DNA of 60,927 bases, filler included, from Hydrolagus affinis (Eukaryota): assembly GCA_012026655.1 (NCBI GenBank). It is 5 parts of 5 records of this genome, joined end to end, with 100 filler letters (N's around TTAATTAATTAA, not from the genome) between each part and the next. Parts side by side here need not be neighbours in the genome. Positions count along the whole stretch, not along the records: positions 11,394 to 26,986 come from JAAILG010017790.1; 4 more parts are not named here. One strand, 5' to 3'. Positions 11,600 to 25,300 of this stretch are shown piece after piece (the first letter of the stretch is position 1; the number at the start of each line of letters is the position of its first letter). The notes beneath the pieces are model-generated. The model was not told where the DNA came from. It ran no database searches and saw only the letters and a list, made by a program, of their open reading frames with translations. The translations under genes were made by a program, and so were the position numbers.

Positions 11600-11997
11600 T
11601 ATTTGATATAACGCTTTGTAATGCCATTGAGACATCTCAAAAGTGCTTTACAGGATAATAATAAATAATCCTTGCATTTGATACAGCGCTTTCCACATCT
11701 TATCAATGTCCCAAAGCGCTTCACAGAATATACTGTAAAGTGAATTGACTGTATATATTTGTGGGCGAATCGCGGCAGCCAATTGCGCACAGCAGTGTCC
11801 CACACACAGTCGTGGATTGAAATGACCAATTTTATTATAGTGGGGTTTTCTTTGGTGGGATTATTATTAGGCATGTGGAGTAAGGAAACTTGCCCAAGGT
11901 TTCACCCTGACCTACCTGGATTCGAACACAGGTCTCCCCAGCTTGGTCTCCCCAGCTTGCAAGACAAGTGCTCTAACCATTAAGCCACAGGAGCTCA
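11600..11997 (-). mobile_element. tRNA-derived SINE (abundant family with L2-like tail), relatively young copy
   Basis: tRNA-like head (gagctcctgtggcttaatggttagagcac...ttcgaatcc), body gggacactgctgtgcgcaattggctgccgcg and tail gaaagcgctgtatcaaatgcaagg(att)n. Dozens of related copies occur across the window. Confidence 0.85.
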
Positions 11998-12942
11998 GTT
12001 GACTGTATTTGGTGGGGTGTGGGGGGGTGGGAGGGGAAGAGAGGTAGGAGGGAGGTGACTGAAGACACAATCAAAGAGGTTGATTTTCTCTTTGAGAGTT
12101 TGAAAATCACTTCAATTACTTTTTTTTTAAAAAGAAGTTTTCAAACTCTCTCACTCAAGATAATACCATCGGAAGGATAGAAATTGTGGATGGGTGGGGA
12201 GGTTTATCGTAATCTTCTCTGCTGGTTACTTCCTCCATAAAATTCTGCAAAGTGCTTTTAGATGTCTAACTTCTGATGAAAAAAACACACATCAAAGACC
12301 AGGATTATTCTTAATAAAATTTAAATAATACTTAATAATTATCATTCTGACTTTAGCCGTTGTCTAACGCTGATTTAATCACAGAAATTCCTCTCAAAAG
12401 GAAACCTGAATGGCCTAGCTCCAAACCATTTTCGCAGATAGATTTCTGCAGCTTTGTCTGAGGTTTCGGCAGCAGGTCAGAAAAAGAGGAAATTGAGACC
12501 CACTTGAACAACAGAAATGTTCATGATTTCAGAGTCCGTACATTTAACCATTTACTGAGCTCGCTGGCAAAACCTCCGACATGAATAATGGTCGCATCAG
12601 TGAGTCAACCTGTATCTACGCCAGTATAGCATATCTAACAAGGGGAGGGTGTGTGTGTGGGGTGGGAGGGGGGGGAGAGTGGGGGGGGTTGGTGGGTGGG
12701 TAGGAAGTCAAGTCACCTTTAGAAGAGAAATAAGGGAAAATGGAAATTCAGATGAGAAGTAAAAAAAATTCAGTTGACAATGGTTTTTCAGAAATTGTCA
12801 GTCGTGGGCGATGGCAGTTAGCCGTCCGATGCAGAATTTTTAATTTAAAAACACATCTTTTTAATTTTTTCATCTTTTTAATTCAATTTTTTTAATCTCA
12901 ATGTCTAAATTGAATTAACCTATGTTTTATACCTTGATACAG

Positions 12943-13320
12943 ATCTGTGTGTTGCACAAAGGGTTGTGAGTTTACAGAAAAGCCCCCTTGTGCGTGTTGA
13001 AGGGCACCATATAACCATCCAATGTGACGTGAGTGGTTATCAGGGATCCAACAGCCAGAACTTTGATTTTTCCGTCTTTCGACCCGATAAACCTAAAGTG
13101 AAATTCCAGATTATCAGCACCCATGATCCAAACTTCTCTTACGCTTCACACGGAGCCAGAGTGCGGGCCCAGAAGATTTACATCGAGAGACTGGCAGGAG
13201 ACTCGGTGCTGTTACACATTACAAACCTGGAAACAAAGGACCAAGGGTTGTATGAGTGTTACACCCCAAACACAGACGGTATTTACTGGGGGTCCTACAA
13301 TGCTTTGATGAATTTGACAG
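12943..13320 (+). CDS. EWI-family gene Ig domain 1 exon
   Basis: LCVAQRVVSLQKSPLVRVEGHHITIQC...YECYTPNTDGIYWGSYNALMNLT; atacag acceptor, GTGAGT donor. Confidence 0.92.
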
Positions 13321-16300
13321 GTGAGTTTTCCAACCATTTTCACAATTTTTAATTGAATACAAGTTCACAGGCTCATACTGTATGTAAGCCAGTGTGGTTC
13401 CCAACCTTTTTTTTTGCTACGACCCTAAATTGGCCATCAACACGTCCTCCCGACCCTTAGGGGGCGACATGGCGACTGAAGCCAAGCTCAGCCAAGACGA
13501 TATCTCCCGTCGCTTTTGTGAACTCAGCGCAACTCGCTAGTACGGTCGTTCGTACAAATCGGTCGGCAGTGTCGCTTCGGGCACTTTTCAGCATTAAAAA
13601 ACAAGCATTTTCAGCATTAAAAAAAATGAAAATTCTGATGTAACCTTCACGACCCTGATTTGGGTTGGGACCCGAGGTTGGTAACCACTGCTGTAAGCAT
13701 TAGGCCCAATTCTATACGTTCCCTGACTGTTCGGTTTCGCTTGATATAAAGTTTCCTGTGCATATTTTGTCGTCATTTGGTAGCAAAATAATTAGTCGTT
13801 TGTATTCTTTTAAGCAACAAATAATTACATTTCTATATAGAAGTCTATAAACAGCCACTCTGCACGTGCTAGCCCTTGCTGAATACATGTGATCTTACAG
13901 TCATTCCAGACACGCTCAGTGCGACGTCGGTACCTCAGACTCTGAGCAAAGTTGAAGGAGACACTCTGGAGCTGCTGTGTGAGGCGTCAAAGCAAACCTT
14001 ACAGCACACGCACATAGCCGTCTCCTGGTACCTACAGAAGGGAGATCAGAATCTCAAGGTCATCTCTTTGACCCAAGAGCTTATTCTGGAGGCTGGAGAA
14101 GCATACAAGCAAAGGCACGCATCAGGTGATATACGCTTGGACAAGATTGGAGCCACTTCCTACAAATTGACCATCTACAATGTGCAGACATCGGATGAGG
14201 GGGAGTTTTATTGTCAAGCCAATGAGTGGATCCAAGACCCGGACTTGACCTGGTATGATCTGAACAAGAAGGACGCAGACAAAACTGTGGTGAACGTTAA
14301 AAGCATAGGTAAGGCTTGCGGCTTCCTTAAATATAGTCAGAATCAGTTTAGGTGATTTCCGCATGCACGCACGCACGCGCGCGCGCACGCACGCACACCA
14401 CCGCCCCCAATGCGGTCTAAGTTGTTATATTTCTTCCTGGGATTTAAAGGAATCCTAATCAGTCAATTGCAAACAGTCATTGATTAAATGACTAAATTAT
14501 CCACCAACCCACCTATCTACTGACCTACCTATTCACCCACCTATTCACCCACCCCCCCTCCATCCATCCAGCCAGCCATCCATCAGGAAGGAAAAATGTT
14601 AAGCAATATTGCAATTTAGACTACACTTGCATAAGGTGTTTACTGCATCATTTCATGGAAAAGTCCCCAACATTTATTGGAATATTAGAATTGATGTTTT
14701 TCTCTGTATTCTGGGTGTTAATTACGTTTGAATAGATTTCTAATTTCTACAGAAATAGGGCAGCATAACCTACATGCACATGAAATACATCAAGTTATGT
14801 AATGTACTGCGCCACTATTCTCACTGCTGCTGCAGTAATGGGTGTTATTCCAGAGATGAAGCAATTGCTAAATTCCTTTCCTCGAGATAATGAGCGGTGC
14901 GTGTGTGGCTGATAATTTCTCCATTTGCCTCTTCACAAAATAACTAGGCTTTTTTTTTAAACGCCCACATTGATATGGAGATAAATGTTTCATCCACTTT
15001 CAATAAAGTTAATGCCTTACACAAATTGCTCGCTTAGCATCTCAGTAATAACCCACTAATGTCTTTCTTCTGAAACATAGAAACATAGTTAGGAAGATAG
15101 GAAAATAGACACAGCGGGGGGCCATTCAGCCCATCGAGCCTACACCAACAATTTATTAGATCTTGATAGATCTTCCAAAGCCCCACACTTTCACTGTACA
15201 CCTTAATTTCACCCACAAAATATACAGTCAATTCACCTTACAGTACAGTATATTATATGAAGCGCTTTGAGATGACTCAATGACATGATAAGGCACTATA
15301 TCAAATACGATAAATATTATTTTAAATACAGTATTATTAAAATATTATTATCAGTAGTAGTAACACCTCTACTACCCAAACATATCTTGACTCCGCAAGG
15401 TCAGAAAAACGATTGCAAAATCTATGTTTAGGTAATGCAGAGATAGTCCAAGTGACTCTCCAATAGAAAGGTGCCATTTACCAGGAACCGAGTTGGTCCT
15501 GGAGCTCAGTGCCTGGTAAGTGAGAGACCCTGGGTTTTCGATTTCCATGCAGGGCCAAACCTAGGGCAAGTTTCCTTACTCCACCCTCCTCCACATAATA
15601 ATTCCCTCAAGAAAAAATACATAATTTGGTCACTCAATCCACAACTGTTTGTGAGACATTGTTCAGTGCTCAGTTGACTGCAGCGTTTTGGCCACAAATA
15701 AACAATGAATTCACTTTACAATATTTACAACCCTGACGTAGGGTTGTAGACCCGAAACGTTGACTCCTTTTCCTTTCTCCATGGATGCTGTTTGACCTGC
15801 TGAGTTTTCCCAGCAACTTTTGTTTTTGTTTCAGATTCCCAGCATCTGTAGTATTTTGTGTTTTTCACTTTACAATATGTTCTGTGAAGTGCTTTGAGAC
15901 ACCTAGAAAAACGAGAAAAGCGCCATATCAAATGAAAGGATTGTATTTTATTATATTTGCGTGTCTACTTGTCAGTGATATATGGTTATTTTGTTTAGCT
16001 AGGAAGAGATATGCTCTGCTATTGAGGGCGGGTCGATGGAAAAGGATAGGGGAACCACACAATCAATGACTGGCAGTGGGAACAAAGGGCCCTTTCTACT
16101 CTGTAACATTCCCCCACTGAATCCTGTAGCTTAGTGGTTAGAGCACTCGCCTTACAAGCGTGACACCTGTGTTCGAATCCAGGCAGATCAGAGCGAAAAC
16201 TTGGGCAAGTTTCCCTACTCCACACACACACACACACATACGCCTAATAATAATCCATCCAAAAGAAACACACAATAATAAAACTTGGTCATTTTCAATG

Positions 16301-19300
16301 CACGACTGTTTGTGGGGACGCTGCTGTGCGCAATTGGTTGCCGCGTTTCACCCACAAATATGCAGTCAGTTCATTTTACAGTATATTCTATCAAGTGCCT
16401 TGAGACATCGATAAGATGTGAAAAGCCGCTATATCAAATGCAAGGATTATTATTATTATTACCACAGTACCTACAGAGAAATAGCCTTATTTATGTCAGT
16501 TTGTAACACTTACCAAATTTGTCCCTACCAAATTGTTATTAAACCTACGATTTTAAAATAAAACATTTCTACAGAGTTATCTAAGAGCATTCAATCCTAA
16601 TAATAATTCCTGCATTTGATGTAGTACATTTTCATGTCAGAGAAGACATCTCAACTAGCTTCACAGTACTTTACTGTAAAGTTACTTACCAATGACATAA
16701 AGGTCAAACGTTTGGAGTAGTCGAGCATAGTGGAGCTGAAGATAGAATTTGCTACATTTAGTGAGCGGAGGAGTTAAACTTCTATTTCAGGAGATGGATA
16801 GAGAATCAGGTCAACGACATGTACATGGTTAGATTATGCCCCTTCATGCGAAGTCGAGTAAAATCCGAAACTCTAATTCCACACAGACTCGAAACACAAC
16901 CAATACATGCAGATACGTGTGTGTGCATCGAATAACATCCGAATAATATTGCCCGCTGTTTGTGGGTCTCACTCTTGTGCAAATTGGCTGCCTTATTCAC
17001 CTGCACAAAAACAGTTACTACACCTTACAGCAAATCCTGTCAAGTGATTTTGAGACCTCCTCCCAATGTGTGAAGGATGCCACATCAAATGCAAGGATTG
17101 TTATTATTTGTAGATCCTGGGGGGGGCGGGGGTGGTGGTGGGCGGGTCTCAAAGATTCTTTGGTTTTGTTTTGCATCTTGTTTTATTTTTACACACTAAC
17201 ATTTATTCCCAAATTGCTTTAATTTAGCTGCTCCCAGCTGAAGCGACAGGCATTGTAGCGATTAGTGTGAAGAGAGAGCACAAAGTCTGAGGAATGGAGG
17301 AGGTGACGGAGGATCAAAACTTAACAACAAAGTGGTAGACAGGGTAATTGTAGAGAAGAATAGGTTCCAGATGTAAACTGAGGCTCTTTTGTTCAAACCT
17401 GAAATATTGACCTTCGATCAATGTCAGTATCATGCTAATGTACAGAGTGAATCACTGCTATTAACCTCTCAACAGTCTCTAACTGCTGGTTTGCAGTGGA
17501 ACTCTCTAGGTTACGCCAAAAGGGTTTGGGGGGGGGGTGGTGGGGGGGGGAGAGAGCGCATTACATTTATGCTCCAGGCTTCTCCACACAGGCAAAGTGT
17601 GATCAGAGAGTGTTTCAAAAATTCTTTGGCCACTTGCCAAGATTGAAGAGATCCCATTTAAACTTTCCTGAGAAGAGATTTCAGGAGCCAGACTCACAAT
17701 TGAGATTCAACCTTTAGATGTTCCTCCCAACCCCCGTGTTTGCTGGATGGTGTTTTACGACATGCACTATTTATGTTGCAGTGTAGGCACTCTCTCTGCA
17801 GTTCGGCCATTAGGGTTTTAATTCGACCATGCGTGCGGAAATTTGTTCACAAACAGTGGCTACACATTTAAGTGATGACTGTGCTGTACCTTTGTTTGTT
17901 TGATTGCAGTAGGCCTGTGAAAACAACTGCAAAGCAACACTCCCTTTATGAGACCAGTACAGTTGTTCAACCCACAACTGGTTGAAACTCATGGCCACCC
18001 TTGGCCTCCCCACCCACCCAACAAGCCCTTGTTTGTGTTGCCATTGGAGCTGCTATGCTCAACTCAAGGCTACTCTTTTACTGCTGTGCGCTCCTCTCAC
18101 CACAAGCAGCCATCTTGTTCCACGTTCCTTTAACACAAGACATTTGGCCCCTGGATCGTTCTGTCTGCCGCTCTCGAAACGGGAATGAGAACTTGGATTT
18201 GCAGGCGAGTAAACCCAAGTTCCAGTTTGGGAGTAGAAAGACACAGGTGTGAAACCACTAGGAACCTTAGACAACCCCCCCGAAAACCAGCCAGCTGCTG
18301 GTAGTTCCTTTCCTTGAAGCAACTAAGAATGTCTGAGTGTGGTCACTGGCCATTACCTGAGCTTACATTACATGCAACTGTACTTCAGAGCAGTGAAACC
18401 AGGCACCAACTCAGTTTGTCCTTAGCGCGCGGCAACACTGCACTGTCGGTAAGTAAATCTGTTCTTTAGTCCCGGCCTTTAAAGACTGTCTTTCTCCCTG
18501 AGCCTGTTATTGTGGAACATAGCTTCAGAAAATGCCAAGGGGACAGTGGATGATGTTCCAATGTGTTTAAATTATGCGGGAGAGAAAAAAAACAGTCTGA
18601 TTCTTCTTAAACAAAGTTGGAAGTAACATCTGTGCTTTTGTTTTTTTTGCAGAAATACTGTCAAATAACAATATGTACCGTGATCTTATTTTACTGTAGG
18701 TAAGGAGTTCCAAGCTCTGATTGAAGCCACTCCAGCCAACGTCAATGTTGGAGGCTCGCTGGAAGTCGTCTGCAGGGTGGAAGCTCAGAACATTCCCAAC
18801 CGCCACTTCTCTGTCGCCTGGTTCTTAAAGAACAAGGAAATAATTCGCTTGGGATCCAACGCAGTGCCAGTGTTTCATGGAGAATATGCCAACAGAGACA
18901 ACCTGGGGAAGGTGAAGGTCAATAAGAAGAGCAGCTCGGAGTACCTTCTCAAGGTCTATCAGGTTCAAATGGAAGATGGTGGTTCGTACCACTGTCAGGT
19001 GGAAGAGAGCGAACAGATGTCGCTGGGAGCGTTTTCTACCAAGATGTCGCAGGAAGTTACTGTGACCGTCGAGCGACCACGTAAGTTAATAAAGCACAAG
19101 AAACATGTAGATCTTTCTGCTGATCAGACTGTAGAAAATAGAACATCCTTCCTCCGCCCCACATCCGGTTCCTCGCCAGCACTGCTTTCTTCCATCTCCA
19201 CTATGTCGCCCGTCTCCGTCAATACATCATGCCAAAAGCTGACGAAACCCTGGTCCTAAACCTTTGTCACCTTTCGGCTGGACTACTCCGATACTCCTCC

Positions 19301-22300
19301 TTGCCAGTTTCCCCTCCTCCACCATTCACAACATTCATCTCGTCCAAAACCTCCAGTGCCCGCATACTCACCTGCACCAAACTTTGTACCCCGATTACCC
19401 CAGTCCTTGCCAAACTCCACTGGCTCTCTGTCACAGAGCAGATCCTCACTCTAGTGTTTAAATTCTTCCGCTCCTCGGCACCCCCCACCTCTCTTATCTC
19501 CTCTCTCTTCACAACAGTACCTGCTGCCTCTGCTCTACTGGATCTGGGTTCCTCCTTATCCCCCAAATCCTACGTGCTTTCAGTCACTATGCCCCAAAAC
19601 TTTGGAACTCCCTCCCTCAACCCTTTCACACCTCATCCCCTCCTTTCCCATCTTCAGTTGAACCTGAAGACCTTGCTCTTCAACCACTCTTAGGGTCATC
19701 TTCTTCCTCAAGACAAAAACCCCCCACAATAATAAATTGAATCCACGACCGTTTATGGGACGCTGCTGTGTGCAATTGGCTGCCGCGTTTCGCCCATAAA
19801 TATACAGTCAATTCACTTTACAGTGTATTCTGTAAAGACATCCAGAAGACACAATAAGGCGGTGTATCAAATTGTATTTGTGAATATTTTTTACAGAAGC
19901 GAACTTGAATGTGGTTATTAGCAAAAAAAACATCCAGTCTTCGGAAGGCGATGCTCTGGAGCTCACGTGTGACATCCAGTCAACGACTGGTAGCCATGGC
20001 CGTCTCTCTGTAACATGGCAGTTCCGAGGGAGCCAGGGTGAAACCAGTAATATCATTACCATGGACCAGGATGGCACCCAGGCTACTCTTGAATCGTACC
20101 GTGAGCGCGATCTCAGGATGGTGAGGGTGCAATGGAACGCCTACATTTTGGGGATTTACAACCTGATGACATCTGATGGCGGGCAGTACACGTGTAAAGT
20201 GGTGGAATCGTTCTCGGAGCCCGAGCAGCTAACTGGAGAGTACGTCAGCAACAGCGTGACGGTGAACGTCCAACCACTTGGTAAGAACCCTTTTGGGCAG
20301 TTTGCCTTGAAGTCCGTCAGTGCTGAACTTGACGGAAATCACTGGTGAAGCCCTTTGCCATCTTTCAACAGGCCAGTCACTTGATCAAACGCAAGTGCTC
20401 ATTATTGTTGGGCTGCTGCGTTTTGCCCACAAATATACAGTCGGCTTTCCCGCTCTCCTTCCCCCTACCCCAACCCCTCCCCTTGCCATCTTTCCCCCCT
20501 TTCTCCCCTGATCCCACTTCCACGACTGTTTGTGGGACACTGATGTGCGCAATTTGGCTGCCGCGTTTCACCCACAAATATACAGTCAATTCTCCTACTC
20601 TCCTTCATCCTGCCCCGACCCCTCTCCGCCCCTGCTCTGGTCCCTACCTGACTGTACAGCGCCTTGGGACGTCCTCTCGATGTGAAAGGCGCTTTATGAA
20701 TGTAATTTTGATTGATTGATTGATTGATTGACCTCTATACAATAAATTGCAGTGCTCTAATAAACAGACAGGTAGGGGCAGAGGCAATAGGTATTTGGAT
20801 GAGCTTTGAACTTTACCTGGTCCCAGTCATTCTGGTGCTGAGTCTCTGCTCACCAATGGAGTCAAATCTTTCAAATGGAGATCTGAATCTGACTGGGGTT
20901 TTACTAAATTTGGAAAACCAGGAAAGACAAAACCACTGTACATTCCAAGTGGTTGCCTCAAAAGGCAGGTGGGTTTATTAAAGAACGTGAGCTGAGGTGA
21001 CTTAGAAATAAATGATAATATTTTGTAATTATACTTTTTTTGGAGGGGGAGTGGGGGGAAGGTGCAGAGAGAGTTTCCAGCTCCAGCTACTTAATGACTT
21101 CTAATTTAAGATGTAATCGTTATGTAAATGCAATTTGTAAATGCAATATAAAAATGTAATTTTGCTGTTGTTGTTGAAATTTGTTGTTGAAATGATAAGA
21201 GCCCAGATATGGCTGAAACGCTTTGGATGTGACCACCAATGGACTCCAAGCCAGAAGGTAGAATTGTTGCTCTCCTGATCCTCAGTGATCCGAGTACCTC
21301 ACCATTTCATTTATTTCCTTTTGAAACAGATACCAGTTTGAAGGTGATTGCCATGTCCAGGACACCCGCAGTGACGTACAATGATACCTTTGAAATCCAG
21401 TGCTTGATTCGACCCAAGTATCCGTCCCACGTACACGTATCTGTAATCTGGAAGTTCCAACCCAGCTCATCCACAGACAGCAACATCCTGGTCAAATTCA
21501 CCCGCGGCACGGCTATTGAATGGGGCGACCGGGTCGATAACTTCAAGGCAAAGACCTCGGTGGTGAAAACAGAGTCCAATAATTTCCGTCTGAGCGTCTC
21601 CAGGGCAAGCCAACTGGAAGCCGGCAAGTTCCTGTGTACGGCCACCTTATCGGTGAGAAATAAAAGGGGGGAGAACGTCGAGAAAGCCAAGAAAACCTCA
21701 AACATCATCCAGGTGAAGGTTACACCTCCAGGTGAGTTACGACATCAAGCGTTGAGCTATGTTGAGCAGAGGATTGAACATTGGGTGTTGAGCAGAGGAT
21801 TGAACATGCGGACTCTCTGAGAGAGTCCACATTAACCCTTGCTTAACACACGTCAGTTTTTTTTTAAAAAAAACAAATATATATTTATTGATTAAAACAT
21901 TATATTTCCAATTTTTTTTAAAAAAAAGTAAACAACGCACGCCGAAAAGTAAACCTTCCCATCGCGACAAGTGTGCAACGGACCTGTCCTTCCAGCCTCG
22001 CAACAAACCCCTCCAAAAATAAAACTTACACCACTCGCCACACATCAGGCGTTAAGCAAAACAGAAAGCAAACACACAAGAGAGTAAAATGGAAAAGCTG
22101 TGATAAATATGCCGTTAAAAAAGCAAACGAGATGCAATAAAGCACTTAAGGCTCAGTCAGCAGAGCTGGCTTGTCCAATCAGCAGGGTGTGTAATGACAG
22201 TCAATTGGAAGCTTTCCCAGATACAAATGGATCTAAATTAGAAGCCTTTACTATACTAGGCTGCGTGTGGTAGAACCTGCCTCGCAGTGTGACTATTTAC

Positions 22301-25300
22301 CGGCGCTGACTGTACTTTCTGGTGCAGTGTTGTTTGGAGATGGAGAGTGCAGTTGCTGTGGCTGTCGCCTGACCGCACAGACACTAATATAGAGGGCGAG
22401 ACCAGTGGTTCTCAACCTATTTCAGTAATGTACCCCTTGTTAATTTTCAACTTTATCGTGTACCCCCCACCCACCCAACCACACACACGCATACACACAC
22501 ACACATATAAACCACCCCCTCATTCCACTTGCATTTTATGATCCAAACTTTTCTCATATAACAAAATAACACGCGACATACACAACCAGGGGAATAACAA
22601 TTAAATATACAATTTGGAAAGGCTATGAAACGCTAAATGAGAGAGCGAAATAAATCAATGTATCGCCACCTGTATCCTGAGGTACATTTACCCCCTGGTT
22701 GAGAACCGCTGGCCGAGATAATGCATTGAATGAATGCAGTGGAGCCTGTAGATTGTGCTGCAAAGTTACTTAGAGGCTGTATTGGAATAGGGTGCAATAG
22801 GGCTGCAAACTGCATTGTTACTGGCGCAGTAGTGCTGGAGTTGCAACACGCACAGGGTTGCTCCCCTGATATCGGAGAGCTTACAAGAGTGGAAACAGCA
22901 GTTGGGTAACTGCCTTCCCTGCTCGCCTCACACTTGAATTGAATACAAAATGAAATGCATTGGGGGAATTGTGCTGTGACGCTGTCTTTCCCGCCCGCTC
23001 TCGCAGAAAGCAAACTACGGGTCAGCAAGGAGACGGCAAACGTGGAGAAAAGAATCAACGATATTGCCGAGATCGAATGCAAAATCTCAGCTCAAACGCA
23101 GAACGATTCGCGATTCGATGTCACGTGGCTCTTTTGGAAAGCGCAGGACTCGAACGCTGCCAACGAAACTCTCCTGCAAACCGATCGCAATAATATCATC
23201 CGGTTCTACGGTGAGCTGCTCACGGACACCCGGAAGAAGATGAAATTCCAGGCAGAGAAGACCTCGAATGGGGTGTACAAACTGATTGTGCAGAAAACGG
23301 ACGTGACTGACAGCGGGAGCTACCAATGCCATGTGGAGGAATGGCTCTCAGATCCCAACAACATGTGGTACAAAGTGGGAGAGGATACATCGGGGGTCAC
23401 AAAACTTCAAGTCCTTAGAGCAGGTAACGAACCTGGTGGGATATTTCATTGAAAAGATTCCCCAGTGATGGAACATTTTTTTCGCTCATAAAATATACTG
23501 TCAATTCACTTTTTGGCGGTATATTCTGTGAGGCGCTTTGAGACGTCTCAAATACATGATAAGATGCCACATCAAATGCAAGGATTATTAGTATCTCCCT
23601 CCCCTTCCCCCTACCCCAACCCTCCCCACCTCACCCCACCTCCCGATGTGAAAGGCGCTCTATAAGTGCAATTTTGTTGTTGCATTATTATTATTATGAT
23701 GCAAAAAAATTGGTTGATTCTGGTTGTTTTTATATGAGTACCAGCCTAACAGTTGACAAAGTTCAGCTCCAACACAGGAACCACCCAAAGCAGAAGTGTA
23801 TTGTGGTATCTTATTCACGCGGCAGGAAGAGATGGATAAATGGGAAGGAGATTTGCAACGTATTGGTGATAGGGAAGGGGAAGTTTGTGCAGGAAACAAA
23901 CACATTATAACAACTAAACAATGGTAATACAGTACTATACTGTATTTATATAGTGCCTTTCACATCAAGGGGATAAACAATAACAACTTGCACTTATAGA
24001 GCGAGTGGGGTGGTGGGTGGGTGGATCTGGAAAAGGGGGAGAGAGGGGGCAACGTGGAAGGATCGAGGGAGTGTGTGCTCCAGAGTTTTGGGGGCAAAGT
24101 GGCTGAAAATACGACCAAGGAAGCGAGTCAGGGGGAGAACTGTAGCATGCAACAAGATAAGGCGGTTGCTTGATAGAATCAAACACACAATGATGGTTGT
24201 TTTGTGCCGGATAAAACCTGATGGAGTGATTGTGTGACCCGCACATTTAAGGTACACTGGAAGCAGCCGCACAAAACAGAGAGTAAGCCAGAAGGCAGAT
24301 GATTTTTGGACGGTGAGGAGCGAGACCTTAACTGCTTGTCAGAACCGAGGTTATTAATGGGTTTAATAACTGACTGTTTGGCCTTAGGAGCTGGAGTTTA
24401 ACGCTCGACTTTGGTAAATTACCTTGGATAAAAGTCTTACAGTGGAAGCCTAGTTGTTCGCTTACTCATCCTGAGCAACATTGAGTTTTCTAATAACTTG
24501 TTTGCTCAGAGATCCAGGGCCGTAACATTGGATAGGCTCATAACATGGTATCAGCAATGAAAATCCAAATGGCTAGATGGATTGGAGCTGTCAGCTTTAT
24601 ATCGCTGAGCAACTCAACGATCATATGCATTCATTTTTTTTTTCTAACGCTGTGCGCGCTACTCGTAGCATGCTTTTGCAGAAATTGGACATGTCCACCT
24701 CCACACACAATTCTTTCTTCTATTAATAGTCCTCAGTAGTGCAGAAATAAGTCTGCGTCTCTTTACTCTGGTGCTGTAATGAGGCAAAGCTTCGGAATCA
24801 AGATGAACATTCATATCTTTAGTGGAGAATCCAGAGCCCAACTCCTTATAGAAATGTTGTTTCAACTTGTGCTGGATGGCTGCATGGGTCTTCGCTCTAA
24901 ATTTCACCATTAAATCTATTGGCGATTTCTAACAACAATAACAACAACCACAAATGATACTTGTATGGTGCCCTTCATGTTGGAAGGATGTCCCAAGGTG
25001 CTGGACAATCAGGAGATTTTGGACCTGAGCTGGGCGTTGAGGGTCAGGAAGGGAGGAGGGCAGTCAGGGTGGGGGTCGGTTGGATGGCCAAAATGGAAGG
25101 TCTTCAGACAGGACTTGAAGAAGCGATTGCAGGGTAGAGTTCCAGAGTGTGGGGGCCAGAGATGCCGAATGCCTGACTGCAAATGGTGAGTGGGAAGCAG
25201 TCTACCGAGCGGAGGGAGCAGACAGGCTGATATGGGGTTCTGAGGTCGGAGAGGTAGTGGGGAGCAAGACCGTGGAGGGCCTTGAAGGTAAGAACGAGGG

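Noticed and set aside
13271-13277. CACAGAC just after the second Cys of EWI domain 1 as a relic RSS
   Set aside because: No nonamer at 12 or 23 nt; the codons are the conserved P-N/S-T-D of the family.
16123-16190. tRNA-like sequences (also 32003, 52654, 56730, 59570 and others)
   Set aside because: All continue into the SINE body and lack a proper acceptor stem and terminator; they are SINE heads, not tRNA genes.
20724-20981. Short ORF with a signal-peptide-like stretch inside an EWI intron
   Set aside because: No recognisable domain or splice context; compatible with chance.
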